Source: the human T2T-CHM13v2.0 reference genome, Homo sapiens
DNA: 64,000 nt
Assembly: GCF_009914755.1 (NCBI RefSeq)
Contig: NC_060925.1
Direction: 5' to 3' (one strand)
Part shown: positions 1 to 15,124 of the stretch, piece after piece
Position numbering within the stretch: position 1 is the stretch's first letter
How the letters are laid out: every line of letters begins with the position of its first letter
Made by a program: the position numbers and the translations under genes
The notes under the pieces: model-generated
The model's input: the letters and a program-made list of their open reading frames with translations, nothing else
Databases searched by the model: none
What the model was told of the DNA's origin: nothing

Positions 1-16
1 TAAAATGCTTAAGTGG

Positions 17-1053
<1,037 letters not shown>

Positions 1054-1079
1054 TGGATTCTTGGTTTTGTCTCTTTATT

Positions 1080-1370
1080 AGAAAGGTTATTGAAGGATTT
1101 TAAGAAATTTAACATTATTAGATTTATTTTTTAGAAAGTTCAGTCTTTGTTTGGAAGATTAATTGGAAAGGCAGATGTGAAGATTAGGAGAACAGTTAGG
1201 TTATCATCATGATCGTTTAGTCCTCAGATAATAACAGCCTGAACAGAGGCAGCAATGTTAGAGATAGGAGAAGATGTGATTTTGGAAGAACAATTTCAGA
1301 GGAAAACTAACAGGACTTAATGACTGACTGGATGTGGTCATGGCGAGGGAGAAGGAAAAGTCAAGACTCA
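1080..1370 (-). mobile_element. L2 fragment
   Basis: aacaggacttaatgactgactggatgtgg...gagggagaaggaaaagtcaaga. Confidence 0.55.
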
Positions 1371-1496
1371 AAATTTAAATGAAATATGTAATTTAGTATG
1401 AAGTAGTATTACAGAGTAGTTAACTATAGAGCCATTGCAGTCATACAGATTAATCATGTAATTTACTAGCTGTATGACCCTGGTAATTTTACTTAA

Positions 1497-1795
1497 TGTC
1501 TTAGTCCATTCGGGCTGCTATAACAAAATACCATAGACTAGATGGCTTATAAATAACAGAGATTTGTTACAGTCTGGAGCCTGGTAAGTCCAAGATCAAG
1601 GCAACGGTAGATTTGGTATCTGGCGAGGGCCTGCTTACTTATAGACAGCTGTGTTCTCACTCTAACTTCACAGGGCAGAAGGGTGAGGAGTCTCCCTCAG
1701 GCTTCTTTTATAGGGCACTAATCCCATATGCCCCACTACCTAATACCATCTCTTTTGGGGTTAAGATTTCAACATAGGAGTTTTGGAACATTCAT
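1497..1795 (-). mobile_element. MaLR LTR (MLT1A-like) nested in a MIR
   Basis: Begins tgtcttagtccattcgggctgctataacaaaataccatagact; MIR-like sequence continues on both sides (about 1400-1880). Confidence 0.8.
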
Positions 1796-2272
1796 CTGTT
1801 TACCTAACTGCTAATTGTAAATGAGTGTCTTCATGGAATTTTTGAGGTTAAATGTAACACATGTAAAGTGCCTAGTAGTCATATAGTTTGCTGTGAACTT
1901 GAGGAAGTCATTTAACCATCTAAACTCAGTTTCTTCTGATAGAAAATAAGGATAATATGTATACCCTTTGTTCTCCCTGTATCACAGGGATATCTCCCTA
2001 TATCACATTTAAGAATGTCAAGCCCTATAAAAATTGTAAACTGATAACAGTCATAGTAACTAGATATTAATTATACATAGAAGGATGGGAGATATCGAGC
2101 TTAACTTAGACTTTAATATGACCCCTCATCTCTTGGTTCAACTTTGTAAAGTATAGGATGCTTCTTGGCTGTAAAAACTGAAGAAGTAGAATTTATCCTA
2201 CTGGGAACAGGCTTTTGCCACTGTAAGGCTCTATGTGGTAAATGACTGATGAGTTCTCAAGAAAATAAATCT

Positions 2273-2580
2273 GGCCGGGTGTGGTGGCTCACGCCTGTAA
2301 TCCCAGCACTTTGGGAGGCCGAGGTGGGTGGATCACTTGAGTTCAGGAGTTTGAGACTAGCCTGGCCAACATGGTGAAACCCCGTCTCTTCTAATAATAC
2401 AAAAAAAAATTAGCCAGGCGTGGTGGCTTACACCTGAAGTCCCAGCTACTCAGGAGGCTCAGGCAGAAGAATCACTTGAACCCAGGAGGTGGAGGTTGCA
2501 GCAGTGAACCAAGATCGCACCACTGCACTCCAGCCTGGGCCACAGAGTCAAATTGTGTCTCAAAAAAAAAAAAAAAAAAA
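2273..2580 (+). mobile_element. AluS
   Basis: Dimeric Alu; TSD gaaaa(t/g)aaatct. Confidence 0.95.
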
Positions 2581-3236
2581 GAAAAGAAATCTTAACAGGA
2601 ACAAAGGAGATTGTTGTTGCCTGGTGTAGAGGGGAGAAGGAAGTGAGATTACCAGGAACCAAGCCCAGAAGGTGGAAATTGGCATGGCAGATTTTGATTG
2701 CCTGCTGTGATTTCCTGTAGCTAAAGCAGTGCGTTTGTTTATGATTGAGTTGTATATATTGACCCTTGGCCTTCATAGCAAAAACAGTGAAAACAGCTGG
2801 TATAGTTATTATTCCACATATAAGGATAGTAACAAACAGAAGTTAAAACACAGAAATTCCAATCTTTGTTTATTTCATCCTGCTATAATTCCTTTCCAAA
2901 CGGAAATAGCACATGTAACTATCTTTCAACACCCATGTTAGGTGATTGTGTGCATAGAAATCTTGCCTAGGGGTAATTCAGGTGGTTTTTTCCCCACTGC
3001 TGTATATTTGCCACGTGATCTTAGTTAAGATTTTTATTTTCAGCCAATGTTTCCCATTTCTTTATTGTTGACAGACTTGTAATCTCACTCTTGCTTTTGA
3101 ATTACCCAACTTCCTGAACTACATTTTCTTTGAAACTTTAGTATTGTAGTTTAATAAGGTTCACTGACAATCAGTGTTTGTCAATATTGGTTCACTCTCT
3201 TTGCATGGCAATCCCAAGTAAATTTTGTGTGTTCTT

Positions 3237-3252
3237 CCCCCCCCCCCCCCCC
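3237..3252 (+). repeat. C16 homopolymer forming the polypyrimidine tract of exon A
   Basis: Counted directly; followed by acag and the exon. Confidence 0.95.
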
Positions 3253-3256
3253 ACAG

Positions 3257-3356
3257 GTTTTCTGTGCTTCCTGCTGTAGCCTGAAATGTAAACTGTTATA
3301 CATGGACAGAAAGGAAGCTAGAGTGTGTGTAATCTGCCATTCAGTGCTAATGAATG
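3257..3356 (+). CDS. ZFYVE9: Exon A (100 nt, phase 0 to 1): C-terminal half of the FYVE zinc finger, VFCASCCSLKCKLLYMDRKEARVCVICHSVLMN
   Basis: Acceptor (c)16acag|GTT, donor AATG|gtaagt; CxxC plus RVCxxC FYVE motif; missed by the ORF track. Confidence 0.96.
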
Positions 3357-3554
3357 GTAAGTATTAAAACAGGTTGATTTCATAGTTATTGAGACAAAAC
3401 AAGGGAATTACGATGAGAAGACTTTTTTCCCCCTGCCTTTCTTTACAAGTTGCTCACCTTCTCAAATGTCATAACTTTAACTGAAAATATTTAGCTAAAT
3501 TTCCATGTTTTGAAAGTATCTTAGCATTTCAGAATTCCTGTGCCTAATTTAATG

Positions 3555-3560
3555 AATAAA
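3555..3560 (+). terminator. Candidate intronic polyadenylation signal AATAAA downstream of the exon A read-through stop
   Basis: First AATAAA after TAA at 3365-3367; further hexamers at 3952-3957 and 4849-4854; motif only. Confidence 0.3.
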
Positions 3561-5576
3561 TGCTAAAGCCAGGTAAGTTTTGCAGGAATAATGGAAGTTC
3601 TTTGGAAATCTGGTGCGAGGTAGTTATTTGTGTTCCTATAAAATAACCAGAGTGAGGTGGGAATGGGGAGCTTTTGATCACCAGATGATAAGATGTTAAA
3701 ACTGGGCTGAGATTTTCCTTTTAAGAGAAGCCATCTCTTTCTAAGGAACAACTTAATAACTTAGCATGTGTTCTTATCAACACCTTGTTTCATTCATCTT
3801 GTTGAAGATAACTATTTTAGCATCTAGGACCAAGTAGAAAATTGCATTTTTAAAGCCCATTTATCTCTTTAATGCTACTTAGATTTGCTATGAGAATAAT
3901 GGTTTAGAATCTAGTTGTTACGTGGTAAAAAGAATATGGCCGGGGAAAGTAAATAAAACTTACCCAGTGTTCATCTTTTGCTGGACTGGAAATGATTTTA
4001 AGGGCATATTAGTTAAAAACCCTGAGTATTCTTGTAAAAAGATACACTAAAATTGTTCAGGTTATAGTATTTTCTCTTTGAATGCATCTTTGTACAGTTA
4101 CTGGAACAATTACTAATAGACATAAAATGTTGAACTTGAACACCAGTGCTACCTGTGCCAGGATAGTGTGCCTCCTGGAGGCTGGAACTTATCTGCTCTG
4201 AGACCCCTCCTGCTCTGTCCGTCTGCATTGCTGATAGTGATGTTTTCTTGTTGCTGGCTTATTAACCTGTTGCATGACAGTTAATCTGATCTGTTCTAAT
4301 TTCCTATGATCCACCCAGTTTCCTCCCATTTCTGAATTCTTACAATTTTGACCAAATATGAATCATTCTCTCCACTCTTAAGGGTTACTTTTTAAATAGT
4401 GGTTATTTCACTTGGTTGCTCAATTGATGATTTTTATTCTGCTGCTTTCATTTTCGGGCACATATTCACAGATAAGAGCATGCTGCTTAATTATAGTACC
4501 TAATACCTCTTTTATTTGATGAGATCTTCCAACTTGATAGCTAATTTTTTTAACTTGGCATAGCTAAAGATGAAGGAAATGGCAGAGGATTCACATGGAA
4601 TACTTACTTTTTATTAAGCCAAGGAGGCCCTTAACAGGGGATCCTAAGGTAATCCACTTTTCCTGGTTTTTCCAGTGTCTTTCCTCTCGCATGGCTTAGC
4701 CCGGTCTTTTTCTTAATATTTAATTTGATGCTTTTCGGTGTTCCCTATCCCTTTTTCCCTTTCTCCTTTTCTCTTCCTCCCCTCTTTCTGCCAGTGCTTT
4801 CAAAGGAACATAGCTTTTGTTACTAGCCTTGTCTTGCAGTTTGGAGGCAATAAATATTCAAAATCCTATGGATCATTCTTTGATGTTGAAAGAGATTTTT
4901 GAAAGGATGCTTAAAAAGAGGGTGGCTTCTATTTCTGGGCATGTGGTATTACCTGAACCTAGAAGATAAAATTTGGTATCTTTCATTTCTGTAGCACCTT
5001 TCATCCTATTTGCTTTAAAGGCGATAGGTGATGTGTCAGTATTTAGTGAAATTATAGGGTACACAGAATCTTAATGTATTTGTGATCATTTATATTGGTT
5101 GATCACACTTACATGATATTGGCACATTTTCATGTTCAAATAGGTCCTGTGCTTTTGAGACACACCAAAGATGTGAAATGGTTGTTACTGATGGATAGTT
5201 TTATACAGGGTGATGATTACATAAAAGCAGAATTCAGAAAAAGATTGAGATGTGTCCTCCTGAGCTTTAGGCTTTAGAAATTTTTAATGAGATTTTATTT
5301 TAACTAACAAGAGCCTTAAAAGTTTAGAAATGAAACTTAAAATTTTACAGTAGAGTTATTCTATTTTAGCCCCTGATTTTGCTTTTTGATAGAACTTTAT
5401 AAAATGCATTAAATATTAAATGAAAAAATGTCTAAATGCTATCCAAGTTTCAAATTCTTAAAGTTTGATGTTGTTTGACTCCCTCTTAAGGAAATGTTTG
5501 GTCTCCTATAAAGAAACCAGGCTCCAACCTTTAACTCAGATTGATCTGCTATCAGTCTATCAGAAGTATCCTATAA

Positions 5577-5880
<304 letters not shown>

Positions 5881-5883
5881 TAA

Positions 5884-5890
<7 letters not shown>

Positions 5891-5918
<28 letters not shown>
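5891..5918 (+). repeat. A28 homopolymer
   Basis: Counted directly; not the tail of a + strand Alu. Confidence 0.9.
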
Positions 5919-5922
<4 letters not shown>

Positions 5923-6138
5923 GTTACTCTTATTTGCTCCAACCAAATAGTTTACTTGGCTAAATGGTCTCCTTTATTACATAAAATCACCTATCTCTTT
6001 AATACCTTCACTAGGTGGAAGAGAGACATACTATGAGTATTAATTAGGAGAAGCTGCATTATTTATCCAATATTGTGGAGGTCTTGATGTCCATATTTTG
6101 CAATCCATTCACATTGATTGTGTCTGTATTTGCTTTAG

Positions 6139-6315
6139 CTCAAGCCTGGGAGAACATGATGAGTGCCTCAAGCCAGAGCCCTAACCCTAACAATCCTGCT
6201 GAATACTGTTCTACTATCCCTCCCTTGCAGCAAGCTCAGGCCTCAGGAGCTCTGAGCTCTCCACCTCCCACTGTGATGGTACCTGTGGGAGTTTTAAAGC
6301 ACCCTGGAGCAGAAG
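6139..6315 (+). CDS. ZFYVE9: Exon B (177 nt, phase 1 to 1): Smad-binding domain, AQAWENMMSASSQSPNPNNPAEYCSTIPPLQQAQASGALSSPPPTVMVPVGVLKHPGAE
   Basis: Acceptor tttgctttag|CT, donor GAAG|gtaggg; lies within ORF 6075..6377; SPNPNNPAEYCSTIPPLQQA is the SARA Smad-binding domain. Confidence 0.97.
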
Positions 6316-7946
6316 GTAGGGGATCATGTGCTATTCTCTCTCTTTTTCCTCACGAAGTTCCTCTGAAAAGGTGCTGATATGACTTTACAGCACAAGTCTT
6401 AAAAAACACTGCAGATAAGTCTCTTTGGGTGGTTATTAAAATGGAACAACAAGGTGAGAAATGTGTCAAGACTATTTCTGGGCAAGTAGAGAATAATATT
6501 TGTGTTGCTTGGTATTTTAGAGGCACCTCAGAATATATGTCAGTCTCCTCTCCAACTTAAGAATGGAGTAATTACACTGCTTGTCCTTAAAAAGAGGTGC
6601 AGAATTTGAAGTCAATCTGTAAATTCCTAGCCTACCTCATGCCTGTCTTAATGTTCTTTGTAGGAGTTTAGTAAGTGATAAAAATGAGAGTTCTTCTTTC
6701 CGACCAGCCCATTCAAGTATTGCTTTTTGGAGTATACATTGCCATTTTCTCTTTTCATTTTTAATCTGTCCATATAAAAATATGAACATTTTTGTGTTAG
6801 GGACATAGACTTTAAATCTAGAACTTTAATTCTGATTATATCATATGATAGGTAGAAAATTACAGGCTCAACTTACATTGGTTTATTATATCTTTATGAT
6901 GATAATATTGTCAGATGAAAGGCACTGTGTAAGTGCAGGGGATTATGAATAGTAAAAATAACATTTATTTCCTTAAAATGATCTTATCAAGTTTCCCTTG
7001 GTAATTAAAATCAGTCTTCCTTCATTAATTTTATCTTTTCATCTATTAATATTCCCTTCCCCTTGCTAAATAACCCACCTTTCCTTTTGAAGATCATAGA
7101 CTTCTATTGACATTATCATACTCTTCCCCATTTTTTCTCTTTTCAGATCATCCCTTAGTCATACTCCTTGTATTTTTATGAATTTAGGCTTTCTTAAAAT
7201 CTTTATTCTCTTCATTTGTTGTTTTTGTTGTTCTTCCCTAGTCTCTGTGTGTTTTGGCTGTTTGAATTGATTTCTAAAACTGGACTTAAAGGGATCATTT
7301 CATCAGACTCAGTTTTCCAGCTTTTTCCCTGTCTTTTTACTAAAACACAAATTACTTTTGCACTGCCAGATCAGTCTTTTTCTTCTTCAGTTACACTTCA
7401 GGCAAAGATCTGGTCAGTTTGCTTCCCAATTCTTACATATCTGTGCCAGCTCTTCTGTTATAAATGAATTATTCTTTAACATTCTTCAGGGCATCTTTTG
7501 CCCTTTGAAAGTACCATATCACTTTACCAGATGTTTAATTTCTTTGGAAACCTCATAACTTTAGAAAATGTGAATGTCTATTGCTTTTTTCACCATGCTA
7601 TTAATTTATTTCCGAGGCCCTTGAACACTTTCCTTAGTTTCTCTGTCAGTGATACGGGACAGAGTATGTGACATAATCATAGATGTATTTAAGAACTCTT
7701 AATATTTCAAAGCAAAGTATTTTACTCTTTGCATATAAGTTAAACAAGTAAAGAATATATTTAAATTTGTATTTTTAATTCATTTATAACCACTTTTATA
7801 TACAGTTACATTTCTGATGTTTCTGATTGTAAGTTGCCAAGTAATGATTTCTTTGTACATCTGGAATTGGTGACCTTCTCTTCTTTGATGTTAGAAAACC
7901 TTCCAATGCCACATTGATGCCTGTTTTATTTTTCTGGCCCCTCAAG

Positions 7947-8116
7947 TGGCTCAGCCCAGAGAGCAGAGGCGAGTTTGGTTTGCTGATGGGATCTTGCCCA
8001 ATGGAGAAGTTGCTGATGCAGCCAAATTAACAATGAATGGAACTTCCTCTGCAGGAACCCTGGCTGTGTCACACGACCCAGTCAAGCCAGTAACTACCAG
8101 TCCTCTACCAGCAGAG
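7947..8116 (+). CDS. ZFYVE9: Exon C (170 nt, phase 1 to 0): contains the RVWF PP1c-docking motif, [57 protein letters not shown]
   Basis: Acceptor cccctcaag|TG, donor GAG|gtaaga; lies within ORF 7946..8140; RVxF motif. Confidence 0.95.
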
Positions 8117-8572
8117 GTAAGAAAACAAAACAGCAACTAAAATTGCATAGCTACTTTACTCAGCATTGTGCTGCCTCTGTTGAATTACTTTTGTGTGGAA
8201 CTCTGTAGGTTTTGGATACAACTTAGTGTATACGTGCACATATATGGATAAAGTAAATGTGGCAAAAATCAGCTGCTGTTCTTTGCTGTATATTTAGAAG
8301 TTTTTTCAGGAGAAAGGTTCTTAATGAAGATTGTTCTCAGATGAGCTCAGGTGCTCCACTTTAGCTAGCAGTCGGGCTGTGGGGAATTCTGTCCCCTTGC
8401 TACATTGGTTTTTAAAGCATGTTCCCCAGGTTCCATGGCAGCCTCTCAGGAGTGCTATGGTGAGGAAGAGCAGGTAACATGAAAGGGCCTGAGGAGCTGA
8501 GTTTAAAACCCTGGCTTATCAACATCCCCTACCAGAGTGGTACACTTGTTACACTTGTTGAACCTACACTGA

Positions 8573-8913
<341 letters not shown>

Positions 8914-9254
8914 AGGATTGGATAAAAATTTTACTCCTGATGTTTTCATAGAATTGTTAGTTACTAATTATTTATATTAATGATAAGTAATATTTTTTTA
9001 GACATTTACATCCTATATAATTTGTGAGTTTGATTGTAATTGAAATTGCATGTTGTTAAGATTAGATTTTTTGACATGCAGAGCTGACTTACCTGTTTGG
9101 TGAGTTATTGAACCATGTAATATCTGTCTTCAAATATTTCTAGTTTTTGAATTTTTCTGTGGCTGCAGAGGGTGACAGCCAGAACTGTGTCTTATCCTTC
9201 TTTGTATCTCCACAGTGACTTTGTCAAGAAAGTTTTTTCTTTATTCCCCCCAAC

Positions 9255-9426
9255 TGTTTTTTTGTTTGTTTGTTTTGGTTTTTTTTTTTGAGACAAGGTC
9301 TCACTCTATCGCCCAGGCTCCAGTATAGTGCCGCAGACATGGCTCTCTGCAGCCTTAACGTCCCAGGCTCAAGCAATCCTTCTGCCACAGCCTCCCAAAT
9401 AGCTGGGACTGTAGGCAAGCCTGGCC
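9255..9426 (-). mobile_element. Alu right-arm/FRAM-like monomer
   Basis: Single arm with T-rich tail. Confidence 0.85.
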
Positions 9427-9678
9427 ACAACTGTTTATTTGGAAAAAAATTCAACCTACAGAAAAGTTACAAGAATAGTACAGTGAATACCCATATACTC
9501 TTCACCTATCTTCATCAACTTAACCATTTTGCCACATTTGCTCTACCACTTCACAGTACACACGCTTTTTTTTTATGACCCATTTAAGGATTGGTTGCAC
9601 TTCACCACTTAATAGTTCAGCTTGTGTACCCTAAGAAAAGTCATTTTCTTATACAACCACAATGCAATTATCACATGA

Positions 9679-10047
<369 letters not shown>

Positions 10048-10390
10048 TATAGCTTTCATTTTTACATATATGTGTGTGCACAGATATATTAATTTTTAAA
10101 ATAAAATTTATTTTTAAAAATCAAGATCTCATTAAGGACCACAGTTGCATTTAGTTGTCATATTTCTTTGGTTTGCTTTAATCTTGAATAGTTCTCTCTC
10201 TTTTTTAAAGTTTTTATATCATTAATATTTAAGTATTTGGGCCATGTTTTACATGATACTCTCAATTTGTATTTGTCTGTTTTTTTTTTTTCTCATGACT
10301 AGTTTCAGATTAAACATTTTTTGGCAGTAATGACAATCCTACATAAGTGAGGGTGATTTCTTAAAGGATCACATCAAGAAGTATTAGTTT

Positions 10391-10584
10391 GGGTTGGGTG
10401 CAGTGGCTCACATCTGTAATCCCAGCACTTTGGAAGGCCAAGGCAGGAGGATTGCCTGAACCCCGAGTTTGAGACCAGCTTGGGCAACATAGTCAGACTC
10501 TGTCTCTATATAAAATTAAAAAATTAGCTGGGCATGATGGCACATGCCTGCAGTCCCAGCTACTCAGGAGGCTGAGGCAGGAGG
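10391..10584 (+). mobile_element. AluJ, 3'-truncated
   Basis: Left arm and part of the right arm; no tail. Confidence 0.88.
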
Positions 10585-10906
10585 GTGATGATTTTCTCTT
10601 TCTGTTAAATTTCTTTCCTATCTCTTAGTTTGTATGATGGGTTCTTAAACTATAAATATTTTTGAAAGAATGAGGAAAGTCTAGTGAGTGAATGTTATAG
10701 GGAAACAATTTTCTGCTCATTATAAGACAGGCTAAGCCACATTATTTTGTGCTCTCACATTGTGCAACACTCTAATATTTATGTGGTAAAATGAGAGAAA
10801 GCAAACTCTTTAATGCCAGACTAGAAAATATTAATATTTTTCTTATTTTTATGGTCTAGTAGAGTGCCTGGCACTTAACAAGTGCCCAGTAAATGAAGTA
10901 AATGTC

Positions 10907-11037
10907 TTTTTATTATTATTATTATACTTTAAGTTCTGGGATACATGTGCAGAACCTGCAGGTTTGTTACATAGGTATACATGTGCAATGGTGGTTTGCT
11001 GCACCCATCAACCCGTCATCTAGATTTTAAGCCCCAC
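10907..11037 (-). mobile_element. 5'-truncated L1PA (L1PA8-like) 3' end
   Basis: ttattatactttaagttctgggatacatgtgcagaac; TSD agtaaatg(t/c)ctttt on both sides. Confidence 0.85.
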
Positions 11038-11310
11038 AGTAAATGCCTTTTCACAGAAGGCATTTAAGTAGAGACCAACTGACCACTTTTTATGATATTA
11101 AAAGGAGGATTTTTGCACCATTCAATAGTAGGTTAGAATAGATTATTTTCTGTACCAGGCCTTCAAGTCAGTTAATGGTAGTTTGCCAGTAAAATTTTAT
11201 AAAGTTCCTATATGATGCCATACCGGAAAATTTTAGAAATCCCACTAAAAATGTATAGTCCTAAAAACTTTGTCCTAAGTAGAGACAGAAGTATGGCAAA
11301 ACATGGGCAT

Positions 11311-11685
<375 letters not shown>

Positions 11686-12040
11686 TAAGGAGCATGAATC
11701 TTTAGGAAACACCTTGAATTTATACATGGTTTTATATATATGTGCATGTGTGTATACACACACAAACACACACACATAAAATATGTAAGCACCATTCAGG
11801 TGAAGATACAGAACATCTCCAGCACTCCATAAGGGTTCCTTATGCACTTTTTCTGTCAGTACCTTCTCCTTTCATCAAGGTAACCATTGTTCTCACTTCT
11901 GTCCCTACAGATTAGTTTTGCTTATTCTTGAATTCATATAAATCCAAACAATAGTATATAATGTTTTGTGTTTAGCTTTTTAAGCTCAACTTAATATTAT
12001 GAGATTTATCCATATGCATCAAAAATTAATTTATTTCTGA

Positions 12041-12446
<406 letters not shown>

Positions 12447-12497
12447 TATGAATATTGTTATACATGTTAAAAACAGCTTTTACTGTTTTTCTTTTAA

Positions 12498-12790
12498 CTT
12501 TTTGTTTTGAGACGGAGTTTTGTTCTTGTTGCCCAGGCGGAGTGCAATGGTGCGATCTTAGCTCACTGAAACCTCCGCCTCCTGGGTTCAAGTGATTCTC
12601 CTGCCTCAGCCTCCCTAGTAGCTGAGATTACAGGCATGCGCCACCACGCCCAACTAATTTTTGTATTATTAGTAGAGATGGGATTTCACCATGTTGGCCA
12701 GGCTGGTCTCAAACTCCTGACCTCAGGTGATCCACCCACCTCAGACTCCCAAAGTGCTGGGATTACAGGCGTGAGCCACCGCACCTGGCC
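12498..12790 (-). mobile_element. AluS
   Basis: Dimeric Alu; TSD tcttttaact. Confidence 0.93.
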
Positions 12791-13032
12791 TCTTTTAACT
12801 CTTTAAAAGCTTCTATTTCATGTTTAAGTTATAGAGAATATACATCTGTATAGTATGGGAAATAAAAGTTATAGAGAATGTAGAGAGGAGAGCATCATTT
12901 TAATAAACATTTGAGCATGTTCTATTTAATAATTAAGTGGATTTAACGCCAACCAACATGTTTTGCAACCTTATACTTCATTAAATATAGCTAATGTGAT
13001 CTGCCTAGTAATGCAAAGAAAAACAAACTTCA

Positions 13033-13335
<303 letters not shown>

Positions 13336-13947
13336 TTATTTTATTACATAGTAAATGAAAAATGATGACATTTTATCAAAGTTGATTTTTTTCCCTTTTT
13401 TATTGTGGAAAAATATTAACATATATAACAAATGATTTACAATTTTAACAATTTTTAAGTGAATTCATTGGCATCAAGTACATTCACATTGTTTTGCAAC
13501 TATCACCACTGTTTTCAAAGTTAATTTTTAAAAGCAATATAAATTAGACCTTAAGTAGTTCCCAAGGTATTAAAGATTAAGAAATTATGAAATAATATTG
13601 AAGTTTTGTTTCTTTTGCCACTACAGTTTTTTAAAAATATTTTTCTCTTATGGCAAAAGAAACCTGGGTAAAGGAAGCTTTAATGCAGGTTTTAAGGCCT
13701 CTTCTGTCATTACCATGATTTGATGATACCAAAAGGAGAAACTTACACATTTGAAAACATTTTCATAGTATAAGCCTGATTTGTTTTTTTGTTTTTTTTA
13801 ATCCATGGGTTAATGAATATTTTGTGCTACCTTTCAAAAAGTATGAATTTCAGATTTTCACTTAAGTTCCCATTTGTATTTTTAATTATGTCCTGCCAAA
13901 GTCTTGAATTCTCTGTAGTGCTCACTTTGTTGATTTGCTTTTCCTAG

Positions 13948-14068
13948 ACGGATATTTGTCTATTCTCTGGGAGTATAACTCAGGTTGGAAGTCCTGTTGG
14001 AAGTGCAATGAATCTTATTCCTGAAGATGGCCTTCCTCCCATTCTCATCTCCACTGGTGTAAAAGGAG
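13948..14068 (+). CDS. ZFYVE9: Exon D (121 nt, phase 0 to 1): TDICLFSGSITQVGSPVGSAMNLIPEDGLPPILISTGVKG
   Basis: Acceptor ttttcctag|ACG, donor GGAG|gtaagt; open frame that phases correctly with exons C and E. Confidence 0.94.
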
Positions 14069-14574
14069 GTAAGTGGACTACATATTTAAACAGTGATAGT
14101 TCTATCTGCCAAATGTTACCTTCTAATTAAGGTAGAGAGACAGAATTTGAGTGACATTCACCTTTCTCTTATCCAACAAAACAAACTCCCCCAAAACTAT
14201 GAAAATGGTTGTTGCTGTTATTATTTTAGAGTAGATGCTTATGTTTTTATATTATAATGTCATTTTCAGTTTTTGAATGGATATAATATTACTTATAATG
14301 TAAATGTAGTTTATTAGCAGTTTTTAAAAATATTTCAAAGCACATAATATTCTGAAGGATTGCTTGTGGTTTAGGATGAACCCACTCTGATACAGTCATT
14401 TATTTAGCTTTTCATTTTGAGGTATAATATACATTCAGAAAGAACGTATAGTAAGTGTGAAGAGCACTGAATTTAAATGGCAGTTTTACTGTTAAAAATA
14501 TTTTTAGGGATCTTGATAAGAAGTAAAATTATTATCTAATCAAAAGAATGCTTAATATTATGTGAAATTTTATT

Positions 14575-15124
14575 TTTATAATTTTAACTTTTATTTTAGA
14601 TTCAAAGGGTATATGTGCCAATCTGGTACATGGATATAGTGGATAATGCTGAGGTTTGGGTTATGATTGATCCTGTCACCCAGGTAGTGAGCATAGTACC
14701 CAATGGGTAATTTTTTTTTGTTTTTGTTTTTGTTTTTTGTTTTGAGACAGGGTCTCTTTATCCAGTCAGCCACTGATGGGCAGTTAGGTTGATTCTATGT
14801 CTTTGTTATTGTGAATAGTGCTGCGGTGAACATTCAAGTACATGTGTCTTTTTGGTAGAACAATTTATTTTCTTTTGGATATACACCCAGTAATGGGATT
14901 GCTGGGCTGAATGGTAGTTCTCCTTTAAGTTCTTTGAGAAATCTCCAAACTGCTTTCCACAGTGGCTGAACTAATTTACATTTCTATCAACAGTGTATAC
15001 ATGTCCCCTTTTCTCCACAGCCTCACCAGCATCCATGGTTTTTTGACTTTTTAATAATAGCCATTCTGACTGGTGTGAGTTGATATCTCATTGTGGTTTT
15101 GATTTGCATTTCTCTGATGATTAG
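14575..15124 (-). mobile_element. L1PA15/16-like 3' fragment interrupted by an Alu tail stub at 14711-14756
   Basis: L1 3' end sequence; TSD tgtgaaattttatt at 14561-14574 and 15125-15138. Confidence 0.85.

Noticed and set aside
7951-8136. Antisense 61-aa ORF over exon C
   Set aside because: Shadow of the real coding frame, with a non-ATG start and no independent support
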